Of a stretch of DNA of 64,000 nt, positions 14,423 through 28,785 are shown in pieces (within the stretch, counting starts at the first letter, position 1; every line of letters starts with the position of its first letter). Source of the DNA: Octopus sinensis (lineage: Eukaryota); assembly GCF_006345805.1 (NCBI RefSeq), contig NW_021836163.1, positions 4,229-68,228 of the forward strand. Reading direction: 5' to 3'. The notes under the pieces were generated by a model, which did no database searches, was not told the origin of the DNA, and saw only the letters and a program-made list of their open reading frames with translations. The position numbers and the translations under genes are program-made.

Positions 14423-14934
14423 GAGAGAGAGGGATAGAGGGATGGATAGATAAATATAGATATAGATACATGTTTCATAAAAAACACGACTGTGTTCCAG
14501 TTTCATCTCTTATAGGTCTTTTTTTTTTTAAATATTTTGATATTAGTCATTTTGTAGCTAGTTTGGAAAAATAAAATTGCTCGTTCCAAACTCAACGTCT
14601 CCTGATCTACGAAATGGACAGGAAATAAGAAGCTTCTGTGTTGCTTCTGATATAATAATGGTCGGCTTCTTGTTGACTTTACAATCAAAGGTTTTTTTTT
14701 TCCCATTAGACTTCCACGTCAGCAGTCACGTGTTAACTTGCTTCATTGTTTCCAAATTTGTGTAAGTTCCGCTTCTTAAATATTTGAACCGTCAGGTTTC
14801 TATGTCAGAAGTCACTTATTAATATTTTCCCCACGTCTGTTGCTTGCGTGTTTGTTGTGACACTGTTTCGCGACATGACTCTGGCTTCGACGGTAAATCT
14901 ATTTTTGTGAGCAACGTTGTAGAGTATGTCTTAT

Positions 14935-15225
14935 ATCTTTTACTTGTTTCACTCCTTAGACGGTGGTCATGCTGGGGCATCGCTTTAGAAGAAGCTATGG
15001 CTCGAATGAGTCAATCCGAGTACTTATGTTTTTGAAGCCTTTTTGCCGAATCACTAAGTTACGTGGACGTAAACACACCAGCACAAACACATACAGATAC
15101 ACACACACACATAAACACATACATATATACGATGGGCTTCTTTTAGTTTCTGTCTACCAAATCCACTCACAGGCTATGGTCGGCACGGGGCTATAGAAAG
15201 TGACACTTTTCCAAGGTGCCACGCT
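14935..15225 (-). mobile_element. Diverged tRNA-derived SINE
   Basis: Homologous to 4938-5270 along its length. Confidence 0.7.
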
Positions 15226-15584
15226 CTCAAGTAGTTTTCTGTCAAACTTTGCTTTGTGATATGTTGTAGAGTGTGTTGCGATTGCTCATTTGTTGTGAAT
15301 GCATTGTGAGCCTATGAGAAAGTGTTGAACCAGTCTGGCCAATTTAACACCTGGAGTCAGTTTAAATCAAATTTATAGATTACATTAATCATTAAAAGCT
15401 TGTCCTCTGCTTTACTTGCTTGTGCTGTGTTATTGATTCCTAGATTTGGGGTTTGGGTGCTTCTATAGAATATTATGAAAGTTTATGGCCGGTTGTAATG
15501 CATTTTGTGTTCCATTTTTGATTATGTATTCGTCCGTAAGAGAGTTGTTATGCATTTGATTTATACGATCAAATTTATGCGAGA

Positions 15585-15967
15585 CTAGCAGTATCTCCCG
15601 GCGTTGCTCGGGTTTGTAAGGGAAATAACTATAAAGCATTTTTAGAGAGTTATAGCCAAAAATAGCAAAAAAATGGAAAAAAAATGATGGTAAAATTTTT
15701 TTGAGAGTTAAAAAGGTCGAGTTGCGTCCCCTAGAGAGTCTGTGGTTTGTGTTTCTGATTCTCGACCCCATGTCGAATTTATCGATCTTTTTCAGAACTG
15801 GGGGAACTTTTCAAAATTTTCGCTGTGTTAGTTTTGAATTATGACATTGGGCTATGTGTGTGTCAAGTTTCATCAGAATCGGTTGAAAGCCGTGGTCAGG
15901 GTGAGGGTACAACCTAACAGACACACAGACACGCAGACAGACAAACTGCCGTTTATATATAGAGAGA
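15585..15967 (-). mobile_element. Non-autonomous Helitron-like element (different 5' body)
   Basis: The plus strand begins A|CTAGCAGTATCTCCCGGCGTTGCTCGGG and ends GA|T, which gives TC...hairpin...CTAG on the minus strand. Confidence 0.78.
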
Positions 15968-16577
15968 TTTGTGTACTTTAATTGGGTGTTCTCTGATGTA
16001 TCTGTTGTACTATACTTGCACTTGTATTCTGTTATAGCATGGCTCCTTAGTCTCTTTGAATGTTCGTTATTCATTGATATTGTTCAGTTCTATGTATTTC
16101 TTGTTTCTAAACCACAATCCAAAATGCTCCTCCGAGGAGTGATTTCATTACAAACGTCAAACAGTGAAGCTGACATTCACTGTCCCTGTTTAGATAAATG
16201 TATTTGTTTCCCCACCCTTTGGTTTATACTGAAGTAATGCATCTGTTTGTTTTTAAACCCCTGTCCGTATGTTTATATCTGAAAACGGAGTCTCGCCTGC
16301 CTCTGCTTTTCAGGATGTTGACTTTTGGTCGAATTATTTCCTAAGTATTCTTTTACTTTCTCAATGTTTTTTAATTAATCTAATACAGCTGCTAGGTCAT
16401 CCAGGAATCTGGTATAGCCACTCCTCCCTCCCTCCTTCTAACTCTTCTTCCCTCCCACCCACCCTCCCTCTCTCCATCCATCTATCCATCCTATCTATCT
16501 AACTATCTATCTAACTATCTATCTGTCTGTCTGTGAAGAGAGAGGGAGAGAGAGAGAAAGAGAGAGAAAGAAAGAAG

Positions 16578-16619
<42 letters not shown>

Positions 16620-16620
16620 T

Positions 16621-17440
16621 AGATGATGAGTGTGTTCTGAGTGCAAACTTTGAAGCAGAACTTCACCAGAGCTTAGACAACTTTGCTTCAGTTTGTGATA
16701 TCATCGGTATCACAGTTGGTGTACACACACACACACACATATATATATACATATATATAAAATATATATATATAAGATATATTAAAAAAACCGGAGTCAC
16801 ATGGCATCTCGATCGCAGAAAACCTTGCATTGAACCACTCTTCACAGTAAAAAAAATCCACCTCGTCGAACTGTGGAGAGATTCACCTACCTTGAAACGT
16901 ACGGAGTGTTCGCACTGATGAAGTGAACGCAAGGATAGCCAAAGCCAGCTCTGCCTTTGAAAGTCTTCATCACAAGGTTTGGAAAATACCTGCTCTGACT
17001 ATAAAAGCAAAGTTTAACCCTTTTGTTACCAACCCGGCTGAAACTGCCTCTGGCTCTGTAGTACACATGTCTTGTTTTCATAAGTTCTGAATTAAAATCT
17101 CCCACCAAACCTTAGTCACAATTTATGTTCTTAGCACTAGCTTAATGGTAACGAAGTTATTTTATTAAATTCTTTGTTATATTTAACGTAATTGAAAGAA
17201 ATATGGAGCATCTCAAAAGAAATACAGTAACGAAAGGGTTCGTTTACCAAACTGTTGTGGTGACTCCACAACACTTTCCGTTGTGAAACCTGGACAAGCT
17301 CCCAAAGACTTAGCAAAAACCTTAACCCCTTCAACCTAACATGCCTGCAAAAAATTCTTAACGTCAGGAAGCATAATAAAACTCTGAATACAACTGTGCT
17401 TTGGAGAGCTAATATGTCACATGTGTATGCTTTCCTGAGC
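16621..17440 (+). mobile_element. Decayed RTE-clade LINE fragment (RT C-terminal region)
   Basis: Translated remnants DDECVL..EAELHQSLDNFASVC, DEVNARIAKASSAF and TIKAK..VYQTVVV..CETW. Interrupted by a microsatellite and a MITE. Confidence 0.7.
17018..17238. mobile_element. TTAA-type (piggyBac-like) MITE inserted in the RTE fragment
   Basis: Left end TTAA|CCCTTTTGTTAC, right end GTAACGAAAGGG|TT; the right TSD is incomplete. Confidence 0.65.
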
Positions 17441-17883
17441 ATATTCATAAATTACAATTATGTTCTGTGTTTACGCAATCACGTCCGTTCGATAAACACT
17501 TCAAGTTAATGTTCTGATGAAGCTAAAAGACGTTACAGTAACACTCACCGCTGGGTGCACGATTGTTGGCAGCGGAAACAGTCGCAAAACCAAGGTTTGT
17601 TACAAAATTCATGTTGTTTTTCTTATTTATTTATGACTATACACACACATACAGACACACACACATACACATACATATGTACTCGTATATGCATTTATGC
17701 ATGTAAATGTCTGCATTTGTGGGTGTATAGATGTGAATATAAGTATATGTATATATATATGGTGCATATATATATATATACATACCTACATGCAGACACA
17801 CACATACGCGCGCACAAATACAGGTGTTTTTACTCTTTTTATTTATGTATGAAGTTACGTGCATCTACGTATGAGCATATAAA

Positions 17884-18730
17884 CATGATCTGATCAACAA
17901 GTATCCGGACTGTTGCCATAGTAACGAAGCTAAAGCACGGAAAGTAAAGCCGCTTGGCACAGATTGATCTCGAACTCTGATGTGCATGCACCCTAAGATT
18001 TAACGTTCTAGCTCATTTCTGGTAATTACAGCAGTGCTTGGAAGGAAGGTGTGTAGCGTGTGATCATCGCATTGACCATGACAGAGAAAATGGAGCAGAG
18101 AATCTACATCAAATTTTGGCAAAAGCTTGGCAATATCTGTTCAGAAGCCTACACAAAGTTTTAAAAAGGTTTTCACCGTTCTCGACACAATCAAGGAGAT
18201 TTTGTACAACTGAAACCCGAGTGTCCTTTTGGTCAGCCGAAAACAGTATTAGCACAAACTTGGTGGACACGCGTCTCACACCCAACCCTTCAGTGATAAT
18301 GGACTGAACTGAACCGTAACTAATTTGCACATCCTCTGATTACTCACGGATGGTGATTCGACGATTTTCCCTCACGGCTGCACTTACATCTGCAATGTTT
18401 TTCCCAGAACGTTCGTCAATATCGACATTTTTCGGCCATTTTGGAAACGTCTGAACCACTCATGCACTTGGGTGTGGCTCATACACACTCCTCCTTTTCT
18501 GCAACTTTGTGCAGGCCTCGGAGCAGGTATCGCCATGAGGACTTTCTCTGTCATGGTCAATGCTATGATCACACGCTACACACGTTCCTTCCAAGCACTG
18601 CTGTAAACTGCGAAAGTGAGCTAGAACGTTGAAACTTAGTGTGCGTTCACAGCAGAGTTGACGGTCAATCTTTGCATAGCGGCTTCACTCTGCATGCTTT
18701 AGTTTCGTTACTTATTGATCAGACCTTGAA
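17884..18730. mobile_element. Non-autonomous mariner derivative with ~230-bp inverted arms (copy 1)
   Basis: The ends are reverse complements. The interior holds inverted transposase N-terminal pieces (CMSHTQVHEWFRRFQNGRK; LGVRRVSTKFV). Confidence 0.8.
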
Positions 18731-18899
18731 TATACGTGTGTGTGTGTTATATGCGTATGTGCGTTTGTGTGTATGCGTGTGCTTATATTTGCGCTTATGA
18801 ATGTCTATATGTGAGAAAGTGAGAAGAGAAAGAAGTGTTTCGTGAGTAAAGGAGAGATAGCAACGTTGGAAAGGGAACCAATATGCAAATGTGTATAAT

Positions 18900-19320
18900 T
18901 GAGTGAGTTGAGTGTGGAGTCGAGTTGAGTGTGGGGTCGAGTTGAGTGTAGGGTTGAGTTGAGTGTGGGGTTGAGTTGAGTGTTGGGTCGAGTTGAGTGT
19001 AGGTTTAGTGTGGGGTCGAGTTGAGTGTGGGTTACGTTGAGTGTTGGGTCGAGTTGAGTGTAGGGTCGAGTTGAGTGTGGGTTGGGTTGAGTGTGGGGTC
19101 GAGTTAGGTGTGGGGTTGAGTTGAGTGTTGGGTCGAGTTGAGTGTGGGGTCGAGTTAGGTGTGGGGTTGAGTTGAGTGTGGGGTCGAGTTGAGTGTGGGG
19201 TCGAGTTGAGTGTGGGATCGAGTTGAGTGTGGGACCGAGTTGAGTGTGGGGTTGAGTTGAGTGTGGGTTGAGTTGAATGTGAGGTTGAGTTGAATGTGGG
19301 ATCGAGTTGAGTGTGGGTCG
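18900..19320. repeat. G-rich ~17-bp minisatellite (GAGTTGAGTGTGGGGTC)n
   Basis: Roughly 25 degenerate tandem units. Confidence 0.9.
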
Positions 19321-19831
19321 AATGAATCTGTATCTGTGTTCAATATAGGTTTGAGTGAGTGTTGAGCAAATTTTGCGTCTTTTGAGTGTGTCTGTGTATT
19401 TGTGTTTTTATTTGCTGAGTCAAGAGGAAGGAGCAGAACCCTTAAACGCTGCAGGTATTTAGTGAGATTGGCATGCATGTGTGTGTGTGTGTAAGAGTTT
19501 GTGTATGTACGTTTGTGCGTGTCGATGTGTGAATGTCTGTGTGTCTAAGGCTCAGTGTGTGCAAGTGCGTGTGTCAATATGATGGTGCATCTATGTGTGT
19601 GCGTATGAATGTGTGTGTTGGTATGGGTTGTATCTATGCCAGAAAGAAAGAGAGAGAGAGAGAGAGAGGGAGAGAGTGTGGAGAGAAAGAGAGGGAGTGA
19701 GGGAGAGAGAGATAGAAAGGAAGAATGAAGATAAGAAGAAAAATGTGTGAGGGAGGGGTGGGAAGGGGAGAAAGAGAAAGGAAAAACAAGAGAAGGATTG
19801 AAGGGGGGGATGTGCAGATATGTGAAAGGAT

Positions 19832-19869
<38 letters not shown>

Positions 19870-20188
19870 TTATAGGAAGGTGTGTTTGCGTATCCGATGC
19901 GCGTGTGTCTGCGTTTGCGTGGGTGGCCGTGTGTGTGTGTGTATGTCATGAAGGTTACGTTTACATGAGATTTCTGTAGGCGTGTGTGTGTGTGCGCGCA
20001 CCTTTGTGAGTGCGTGGGCGATTAGGGGTACCTGAGCGCGATGTTTATATAACGGGTGGTTAGTGCGTGCGTGGGCGTATGCATGTGCGAGTGTGCGTTT
20101 CCGAGTGTGTGCATGTGTGATTAACATATGTGTGTGTATGGTGAAGCGAGCATGTCAACGCGTGTACGGAGGTGTGTGTACGTATGGG

Positions 20189-20243
<55 letters not shown>

Positions 20244-20404
20244 TGCGTTATGGTATCCCAGAATATACGTGTGCAATAGCGAGTATGCGTATGTACGTAT
20301 TTGGTGTGTATTTATGCCCGACTGTTAACGCATGTGTGAGTGTGTGTGAGTGTGTGAGTGTGTATGCTGAAGCTGCCTGTGTATATAAGTGTGAATGTAT
20401 GTGA

Positions 20405-20785
20405 ATATACATACATACATACATACATACACACACGCATGCATGCATACATACATACATACATACATACACACACGCATGCATACATACATACATATAC
20501 ACATACATACATATATACATATATACATACATACATACATGCATACATACATACATACATACATACATACATACATACATACATACACACATACATACAT
20601 ACACACATACATACATACATACACTCACATACATACATACACAGATACATACATACATACACACATACATACATATATACATATATACATACACACACGC
20701 ATGCATGCATGCATACATACATACATACATACATACATACATACATACATACATACGTACATACACACATACACACATACATATA
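20405..20785. repeat. (TACA)n microsatellite
   Basis: Direct inspection. Confidence 0.95.
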
Positions 20786-21109
20786 TGTCCCCCTCCCCCT
20801 CTCTGTTTTTACGTTTTAATGAATGCGGTTTTAATTAAATTGAGAGATTACTCAGTACATTTGGTAAAGTACAAATTTATTATTCTTTAACAACAACAGT
20901 ATTGACAGGGACTTCGAAGCTTCGAGTAGCCAAGTCATCATCGGAATACATACATACACACATACATACATACTTACATACGTACATACATACATATATA
21001 CATACATACATATATATATATATGTATATATACATATATATATATGATATATATATATATACATATATATATGTATATATGTATATATATATGTGCATAT
21101 ATACTCCCT

Positions 21110-21238
21110 CTTTACTCTTTTACTCTTTTACTTGTTTCAGTCATTTGACTGAGGCCATGCTGGAGCACCGCCTTTAGTCGAGCAAATCGACCCCGGGACT
21201 TATTCTTTGTAAGCCCAGTTCTTATTCTATCGGTCTCT
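21110..21238 (-). mobile_element. SINE 3' tail fragment abutting (GATA)n
   Basis: Nearly identical to 4945-5072. Confidence 0.8.
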
Positions 21239-21951
<713 letters not shown>

Positions 21952-22749
21952 TTTCAGGGACAGCGAGAGAGAGAGAGAGAGAGAAAAGCGAAAGAGAAAA
22001 CTGTGTTGAATGAGATTCCATGTGTGATGTCTGTGAGTGAGTGTGTTTGTACGTGCGCGCGTTTGGGTACGTGTGTGTGTGAGTGTGCGAGTGTACGTGT
22101 GTGTGTGAGTGTGCGAGTGTGCGTGTGTGTGCGTGTTTGTTTGTTTGTGTGTGTGTTTGTACGAATGAAGCTAGCGATGTTCATAGGTGTTAAGTATACG
22201 AAACGAGCGAATCGATAGACAGAAGCAGAGAGAGAGAGAGAGAGGAAGAGAGAGAAGGGAGGAGAGCGAGCGCGCGCGTGAGAGAGAGAAGGAGAGAAGG
22301 AGAGAAAGAAGGAGAAGAGGGAGTGAGAGGGAGAGCGGGAGAAGGCGGTGAAGCTGTGATGGAGGTCGTGAGATACAGAACAGAGGTGAGTGCGTGGGCG
22401 ACGGAAGCGTGCGTGGGCGTCGAGCGATTGGAAGGATAAACGGAGGTAGTCGTACACCTCCATCGGATGCCTGGCTCGAATCGGGACACTGGCACTCGAC
22501 ACACAACCATTTTCCTGCAAAACAACACCTGTTTGGGATTTCGACAGATTCTCTCTCTTTTTTGTTTTTGTTTGTTTTTTTTACTCCATCAAAACGTCTC
22601 CCCACCCCACCCCTCTGTTTCTTGTGGTTTCTCGACCTTTGTAGTTTCTTGTTGTAATGTTACCATCCTGTTTGGGCCCTTGTGACCAAAAAATGAAATT
22701 ACCACCACCACCACCACCACCACCACCATTTTCATTATAATTATGCTTA

Positions 22750-23066
22750 GTCCCCCGTAACTTAGCGGTTCGGCAAAAAAAAACCGATAGAATAAGTCCT
22801 GCGGTCGATTTGCTCGACTAAAAGCGGTACTCCAGTATGGCCGCAGTCAAATGACTGAAACAAGTAAAAGAATAAAAGAAAGAAATTAGTGGCATTCCGT
22901 CCACCGTTAGTTATGTTCTGAGTTCAAATTCCGCCGTGGTCGACTTTACTTTTCCTCCTTTCGGAGTTCATGAAAAATAAGTACCAGTTACGCACTGGGG
23001 TCGATGTACTCGACTATCCCCCTTCCATCCCAAATTTCAGGCCTTGTACCTATAGTAGAAAGGATT
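22750..23066 (+). mobile_element. Two adjacent SINE pieces, the second ending in an (ATT)n tail
   Basis: Tail ATGACTGAAACAAGTAAAAG near 22860, then GAGTTCAAATTCCGCCG...GTAGAAAGG-ATTATT. Confidence 0.7.
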
Positions 23067-23099
23067 ATTATTACCATTATTATTATTATTATTATTATT

Positions 23100-23672
23100 G
23101 AGTGAGAGAGCAGTGCATGCCATCAAAGTGACACTGGGGTAAAATATACGAAGCCCAATATACCCATCATGACTACCCGTCTGATAAGGGTACACCAGGC
23201 ACATGCATCACAACCATATGTGCGCGACATGGTGATCTCATATCAAGATAAACAGCACATGACCTTGCAGGTGGGGCCCAGTTAGAATTTTCTTCAGGTT
23301 GAGTAGCCCATCCCGCTGAAAAGGTCCCTGAATAAGGGTTGTTAAGGATGTTGAAAGAACCACCCATGTTTCCAGAGGTGAATTATTCAAACCCCAAAGA
23401 CTCCCTCTCAACACATGGCTATGATGCTCCCCCACTACTTCTGCTCGTGATCAGAGATGCACATATCGTCAGCCACTAAGGGACATGCTCAACTGGTTAA
23501 GGTCAAACAACTGACAAGCAAATCTGTGGTATTGAGCAGAATATTTGCTGTAGCCCATCTTTTATACCAAGACAAAACAATGTACATGATAACACTTCCA
23601 ATCAGTTAAGATCAGAAGCCATGAGAGCCACTGCCTGGTACTGCATCAGGAGAGTTAGGTACTGCATCAGGG

Positions 23673-23673
<1 letters not shown>
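23100..23673 (-). mobile_element. ~554-bp (AAT)n-targeted non-coding element, full length, with a short 5'-end duplication
   Basis: Reverse complement of 46011-46564, with (ATT)n on both sides. GGTACTGCATCAGG is duplicated at the 5' junction. Confidence 0.9.
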
Positions 23674-23745
<72 letters not shown>

Positions 23746-23980
23746 GAGGCAGTGGGCTGGCAGAATCGTTAGCACGCCGGTAGAAATGCTTAGCCGTATT
23801 TCGGCCGTAGCTACGTTCCGAGTTCAAATTCCGCCGAGGTCGACTTTGCCTTTCATCCTTTCGGAGTCGATAAATTAAGTACCAGCTAAATACTGGTCGA
23901 TACCAGCTAAATGAGTCGATATAATCGACTCATCACCCTCCCCCAAAATTGCTGCCCTTGTGGCAAAATTTGAAATCATT
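23746..23980 (+). mobile_element. tRNA-derived SINE with (ATT)n tail
   Basis: Same head as 6499: GCTGGCAGAATCGTTAGC...GAGTTCAAATTCC. Confidence 0.8.
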
Positions 23981-24128
23981 ATTATTATTATTATTATTAT
24001 TGGGATAAGGCAACGAGCTGGCAGAATAGATAGATAGGTGGATAGATTAATGGATAGAGATAAATAGATTAGATAGATAGATAGACAGACAAACAGATAA
24101 CTAGATTGATAAATATTTACATAGAATG

Positions 24129-24173
<45 letters not shown>

Positions 24174-24284
24174 TTATATATTATGTATAATATATATATA
24201 TAACGTGAAGCTTTATGAAAAATAACAAAGACGAAGGCAGGTGGAGTACAAACAAACAATTGTATTAGTATGGCGCTCAGGAAT

Positions 24285-24317
<33 letters not shown>

Positions 24318-24398
24318 CTATATATATATATATGTGTGTGTTGTGGTGTGGTGTGTGTGTGTTGGTATTATGTATATATATGTATAATGTATAATATG

Positions 24399-24448
<50 letters not shown>

Positions 24449-24469
24449 TATATATAAGTTATTCTAGTT

Positions 24470-24505
<36 letters not shown>

Positions 24506-24510
24506 TGAGT

Positions 24511-24548
<38 letters not shown>

Positions 24549-24621
24549 GTGAGGGAGGAGAGAGGAGAGAGAGAGAGAGAGACAGAGAAAGAGAGAGAGA
24601 GAGACAGATAGGCAGATAGAT

Positions 24622-24815
24622 ATCGGGTGAAATTCTTGGCAGCATTTTGTTCGTCTTTACGTTCTGGGTTCAAATTCTGCCGGGTCGACTTTGCGGTTCA
24701 TCTTTTTGGGGGATCGACAAAACAAGTAACAATTGAGTATTGGGATCGATGTAATCGATTTGGCCCCCCCCTTCCTCTAAATTGTTGGTGTTGCGCAGAA
24801 AATTAGCAAGGGTTA
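24622..24815 (+). mobile_element. Diverged SINE of the same family
   Basis: GTTCTGGGTTCAAATTCTGCC...GTCGACTTTGC. Confidence 0.65.
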
Positions 24816-25149
24816 TTGTTGTTGTTGCTGTAGTCGTTGAGATTATTAAAATGAAAGAAAGAAATTGTTAAAAACAACAACACCCAGACACAGGTAACAC
24901 GATTACACAAACGCAGGAGTACCACTACTACTACTACCGCTACTACTACTACTACCACCCACCACCACCACCACTAACTACTACTACTACTACCACCACC
25001 ACCACCACTACTACTACTCCTACTACCACCACCACCAACCACTACTACTACTACTACTAATACTAGTACCACCACCACACTACTACTACTCCTACTACCC
25101 CACCACCACCACCACCACCACCACTACTATACCACCACCACCACCACCA

Positions 25150-25209
<60 letters not shown>

Positions 25210-26045
25210 GACTACTACTACTGCTCGGAGACAACTGGTAATCTTATTTTTCTTCTGAATTAAGACAGCTTTTTCACACCAGCCACGAATCAGGTGAGGC
25301 TTAGTAATTAAATAGAATAAGAATGGCCAACGATGACGACGACGACCACCACCATCATCACCACCACCATCACCAGAACAACAACAACAACAACAAGAAT
25401 AATTACGTCAACCGAAAGAAAATAAAACAAACAGAAAACACACAGAAACAAAACACTGAGCAAGTAAGTAAGCCTCAATATAGTCGCTCGATCAGTTAGA
25501 TATAGCAGCCAAAGCTTCCTCAAATCACACTTTATCCTTTCAAAAACAAGAAGGACACATTTGACAATAGAACCATCGATAATACACGGCTGGAACACCT
25601 GTGAATCATTAGGAGTTGACCTTGGGTTATATAAATACAAGAGCAAACACAGCAATAGTGACAAGAACAATGGCTGTTGCATAAAGTAGAAAGCTAATCC
25701 AAACAGATTATTGTATGGCTGTGTGGGCCAAGTACTTTACAGCTACGCCGTTTCAGGTTCGATCCCGCACTGCAGCGTCGTCAGCCACAAACTCATGGTG
25801 ACTGCAACCTGGGCAATGAAACTTGTGGCAGCGTCTGTAGTTGGCTTTTTGTGTGATCAGTAGATCTAATGTATGACCCTCCGGGCACCGTGGGTATCTT
25901 TAGAAAGGGCCAGTTTGTTAGAAGTATTTTGTTGAAGTCATCACTGGTTTCAAGACATTCTCCTTCCTCACTCTCTCCCACCAATTTTGGAGGCCTTGAT
26001 AAACGCCCCCCACCCAGCCAATAACTCTTCCTTCTCTGCGAAAAG

Positions 26046-26176
<131 letters not shown>

Positions 26177-27302
26177 GACTGTCTGTCTGTCTGCCTGCCT
26201 GTCTGTCTGTCTGTCTATCTATCTATACCACAAGGCATTTGTCAGTCCCTCTTACGACCGGATCGGTTGATCCACTAGAGATAGAAACCGCATTTGCCTG
26301 CATCACATATTATTGACTGAAAGGATATATTAGCTAAGGTAGCCCTATCTGTATTATCTTTGAAAAAAAAAAGTGTGGATGGTCACGCTTAGAATGCTTT
26401 TCCCCCAGCGCTAAGCAACAACACTGATCTCTTCCAAGGACATCAGAGACTGGATTTTACTGAACATTTCTTTGCGGATGGTCACCGAATAAAAATATTA
26501 TAAATACATCGTGTTTCGATTTAAATCTTGTAAACGACATAAAATCTTTTAAAGATTCCACATTACAAGATTAACGACCGAAGAAAACAGATTTATTGAA
26601 TTAAAAGATTTCATCACTGCATAAGCCATTCATGAAAGATTTTTACAGCCACAACACAAAACCATTTAATATCTCAAATTATACACCAACAAGATCGGAC
26701 AGAACATAACTGACGAAATCTCACAACTCGTAAAATACGCAAAAAGTCAAGGTAGCCTTTTTTTTTTTACTTAGACACCGAAACGGTATTCGTAAACTAA
26801 GAGTAGACGGCGAAGTGCGCGCGCGCGCACACACACACACACACATATACGTACGCAGACACAGACAGACTGCCACAACTTCATCAACTGTCCAGAGATT
26901 GTACACGTCAACTACAAAACTTTTCCTCTCTTCCAAACGTCATCACCGTGGGAGGTTTAAAGGCATGGTTTTCAAACAATACATACAACACAAGAGGTAA
27001 CTGAACACTCTACGCATCCTAAGTAACACACACACGTCACCGAATCAACAACGAAAATTCTCCACTAAATATAATTTTCAGGTTGCCACTCTTACCACAG
27101 CCATTTGCTTCCCCAACTTCGCTTGAATTTTCCTCGGACCTACAAAACAATTGTCATCTCAACACACACTTCACAGTCATTTCTTTTTACCAATTGAAAT
27201 GATTCAAATAAAGCATCAATTTTTATCAAGTTTTTGTTTTATCTTCTAATAATCTTCAAATAAAAAGAATATCGAGTCTCCAGGACGTATATCCAATAAA
27301 AC

Positions 27303-27338
<36 letters not shown>

Positions 27339-27339
<1 letters not shown>

Positions 27340-28185
27340 GTGGTCTGGTCAATAAGTATTCGGACTGATGCCATAGTAACGAAGCTAAAGCACGGAGAGT
27401 GAAGCCGCTTGGCACATATTGATCTTGAACTCTGATGCGCATGCGCACTAAGCTTTAATGTTCTAGCTCATTTCTGGTATTTACAGCAGTGTTTGGAAGG
27501 AAGGTGTGTAGCGTGTGATCGTCGCTTTGACCATGACAGTTGAGCAGAGAATCTGCATCACACTTTGCCAAAAGCTTCACAATACCTGCTCCGAGGCCTA
27601 CACAAAGGTTTCAAAAAGTTTCCATCGTTCTCGACACAATCAAGGAAATCTTGTGCAACTGAAACCCGAGTGTCCTTTTGGTCAGCTGAAAACGGTATTA
27701 GCACAAACTTGGCAGACACGCGTCTCATACCCTAATCTTCAGTGATAATCGACTGGGCTGAACCGTAACTAATCTGCACATCCTCTGATTACTCACGGAT
27801 GATGATTCAACGATTTCCCCTCACAGCTACACTTACATCTGCAATGTTTTTCCCAGAACGCTCGTCAGTATTGACATTTTTTCGGCCATCTTGGAAACAT
27901 CTGAACCACTCGTACGCTTGTGTGCGACTCATACACTCCTCTCCTTTCACTTTCTGCAACTTTGCGTAGGCCTCGGAGCAGGTATCGCCATGAGAACGTT
28001 CTCTGTCATGGTCAATGTGACGAGCACACGCTACACACCTTCCTTCCAAGCACTCCTTTAAATAGCGGAAGAGATCTAGAACATTGAAACTTACTTCAAG
28101 ATCAATCTGTGCCACGCGACTTCACTCTGCGTGCTTTAGCTTCGTTACTATGGCAACAGTCCGGATACTTATTGATTAAATCTAG
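27339..28185. mobile_element. Non-autonomous mariner derivative with long inverted arms (copy 2)
   Basis: TA|CGTGGTCTGGTCAATAAGTAT...ATACTTATTGATTAAATCTAG|TA. Collinear with 17884-18730 and encodes MSRTQAYEWFRCFQDGRKNVNTDERSG on the minus strand. Confidence 0.82.
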
Positions 28186-28549
28186 TATATATGTGTGTTT
28201 GTGTGTGCGTACGTGTGTATGTGTGTGCGTGTGTGTGCATGCATGCGTGCGAAGGCACGTGGCCTGTTTAGGCGTGTTGTATCCACGATGGTGAGATCGT
28301 GCTTTCGAATCCCAGACTGGCTGCGTGCTGTGTTCTTGAGCAACGCAGTTCATTTCCCGTCGGTCCAGTCCACTCAGTTATAAATAGGACACACTGCGAC
28401 GGACTGGCCTTTCGACCAGGGAGCGGGGGTGGGGCCCGAACGCCTGACCAGATGATGCAAAACGCATTTTGATAAGCGATATATAACAACATCCGATAAT
28501 GTAATCAATCACGTGATATGTATATATATCCGATTGCAATCAGAGCTTC

Positions 28550-28785
28550 GATTCAAGCTTTCCAAAGGAATTCATAAGCCTTAGACAATCTATAACTGAC
28601 CTCCTCGTCTTGTGTGCTAAATCTAGATAGCGTGACACCAAGATAGCCATGTGTATTTCCGACTTTTAACTTTAAACCCTCGACGTACATCAAGGGTGGG
28701 GTGTATGGTTTGCCCGATGCAGGCTGTAGCATGACCACGGTCTTCTTAAAAGTGATTGTTTGTCCAAATTCCTCACACGATACAT
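28550..28785 (-). mobile_element. RTE-clade LINE fragment
   Basis: KKTVVMLQP...GYLGVTLS...DEEVSYRLSKA, typical of the RTE RT C-terminus. Confidence 0.7.

Noticed and set aside
17511-17590. Hammerhead candidate CTGATGA...GAAAC-AGTC-GCA
   Set aside because: The cleavage triplet lacks U and stem I is only 2 bp; at most a dead relic.
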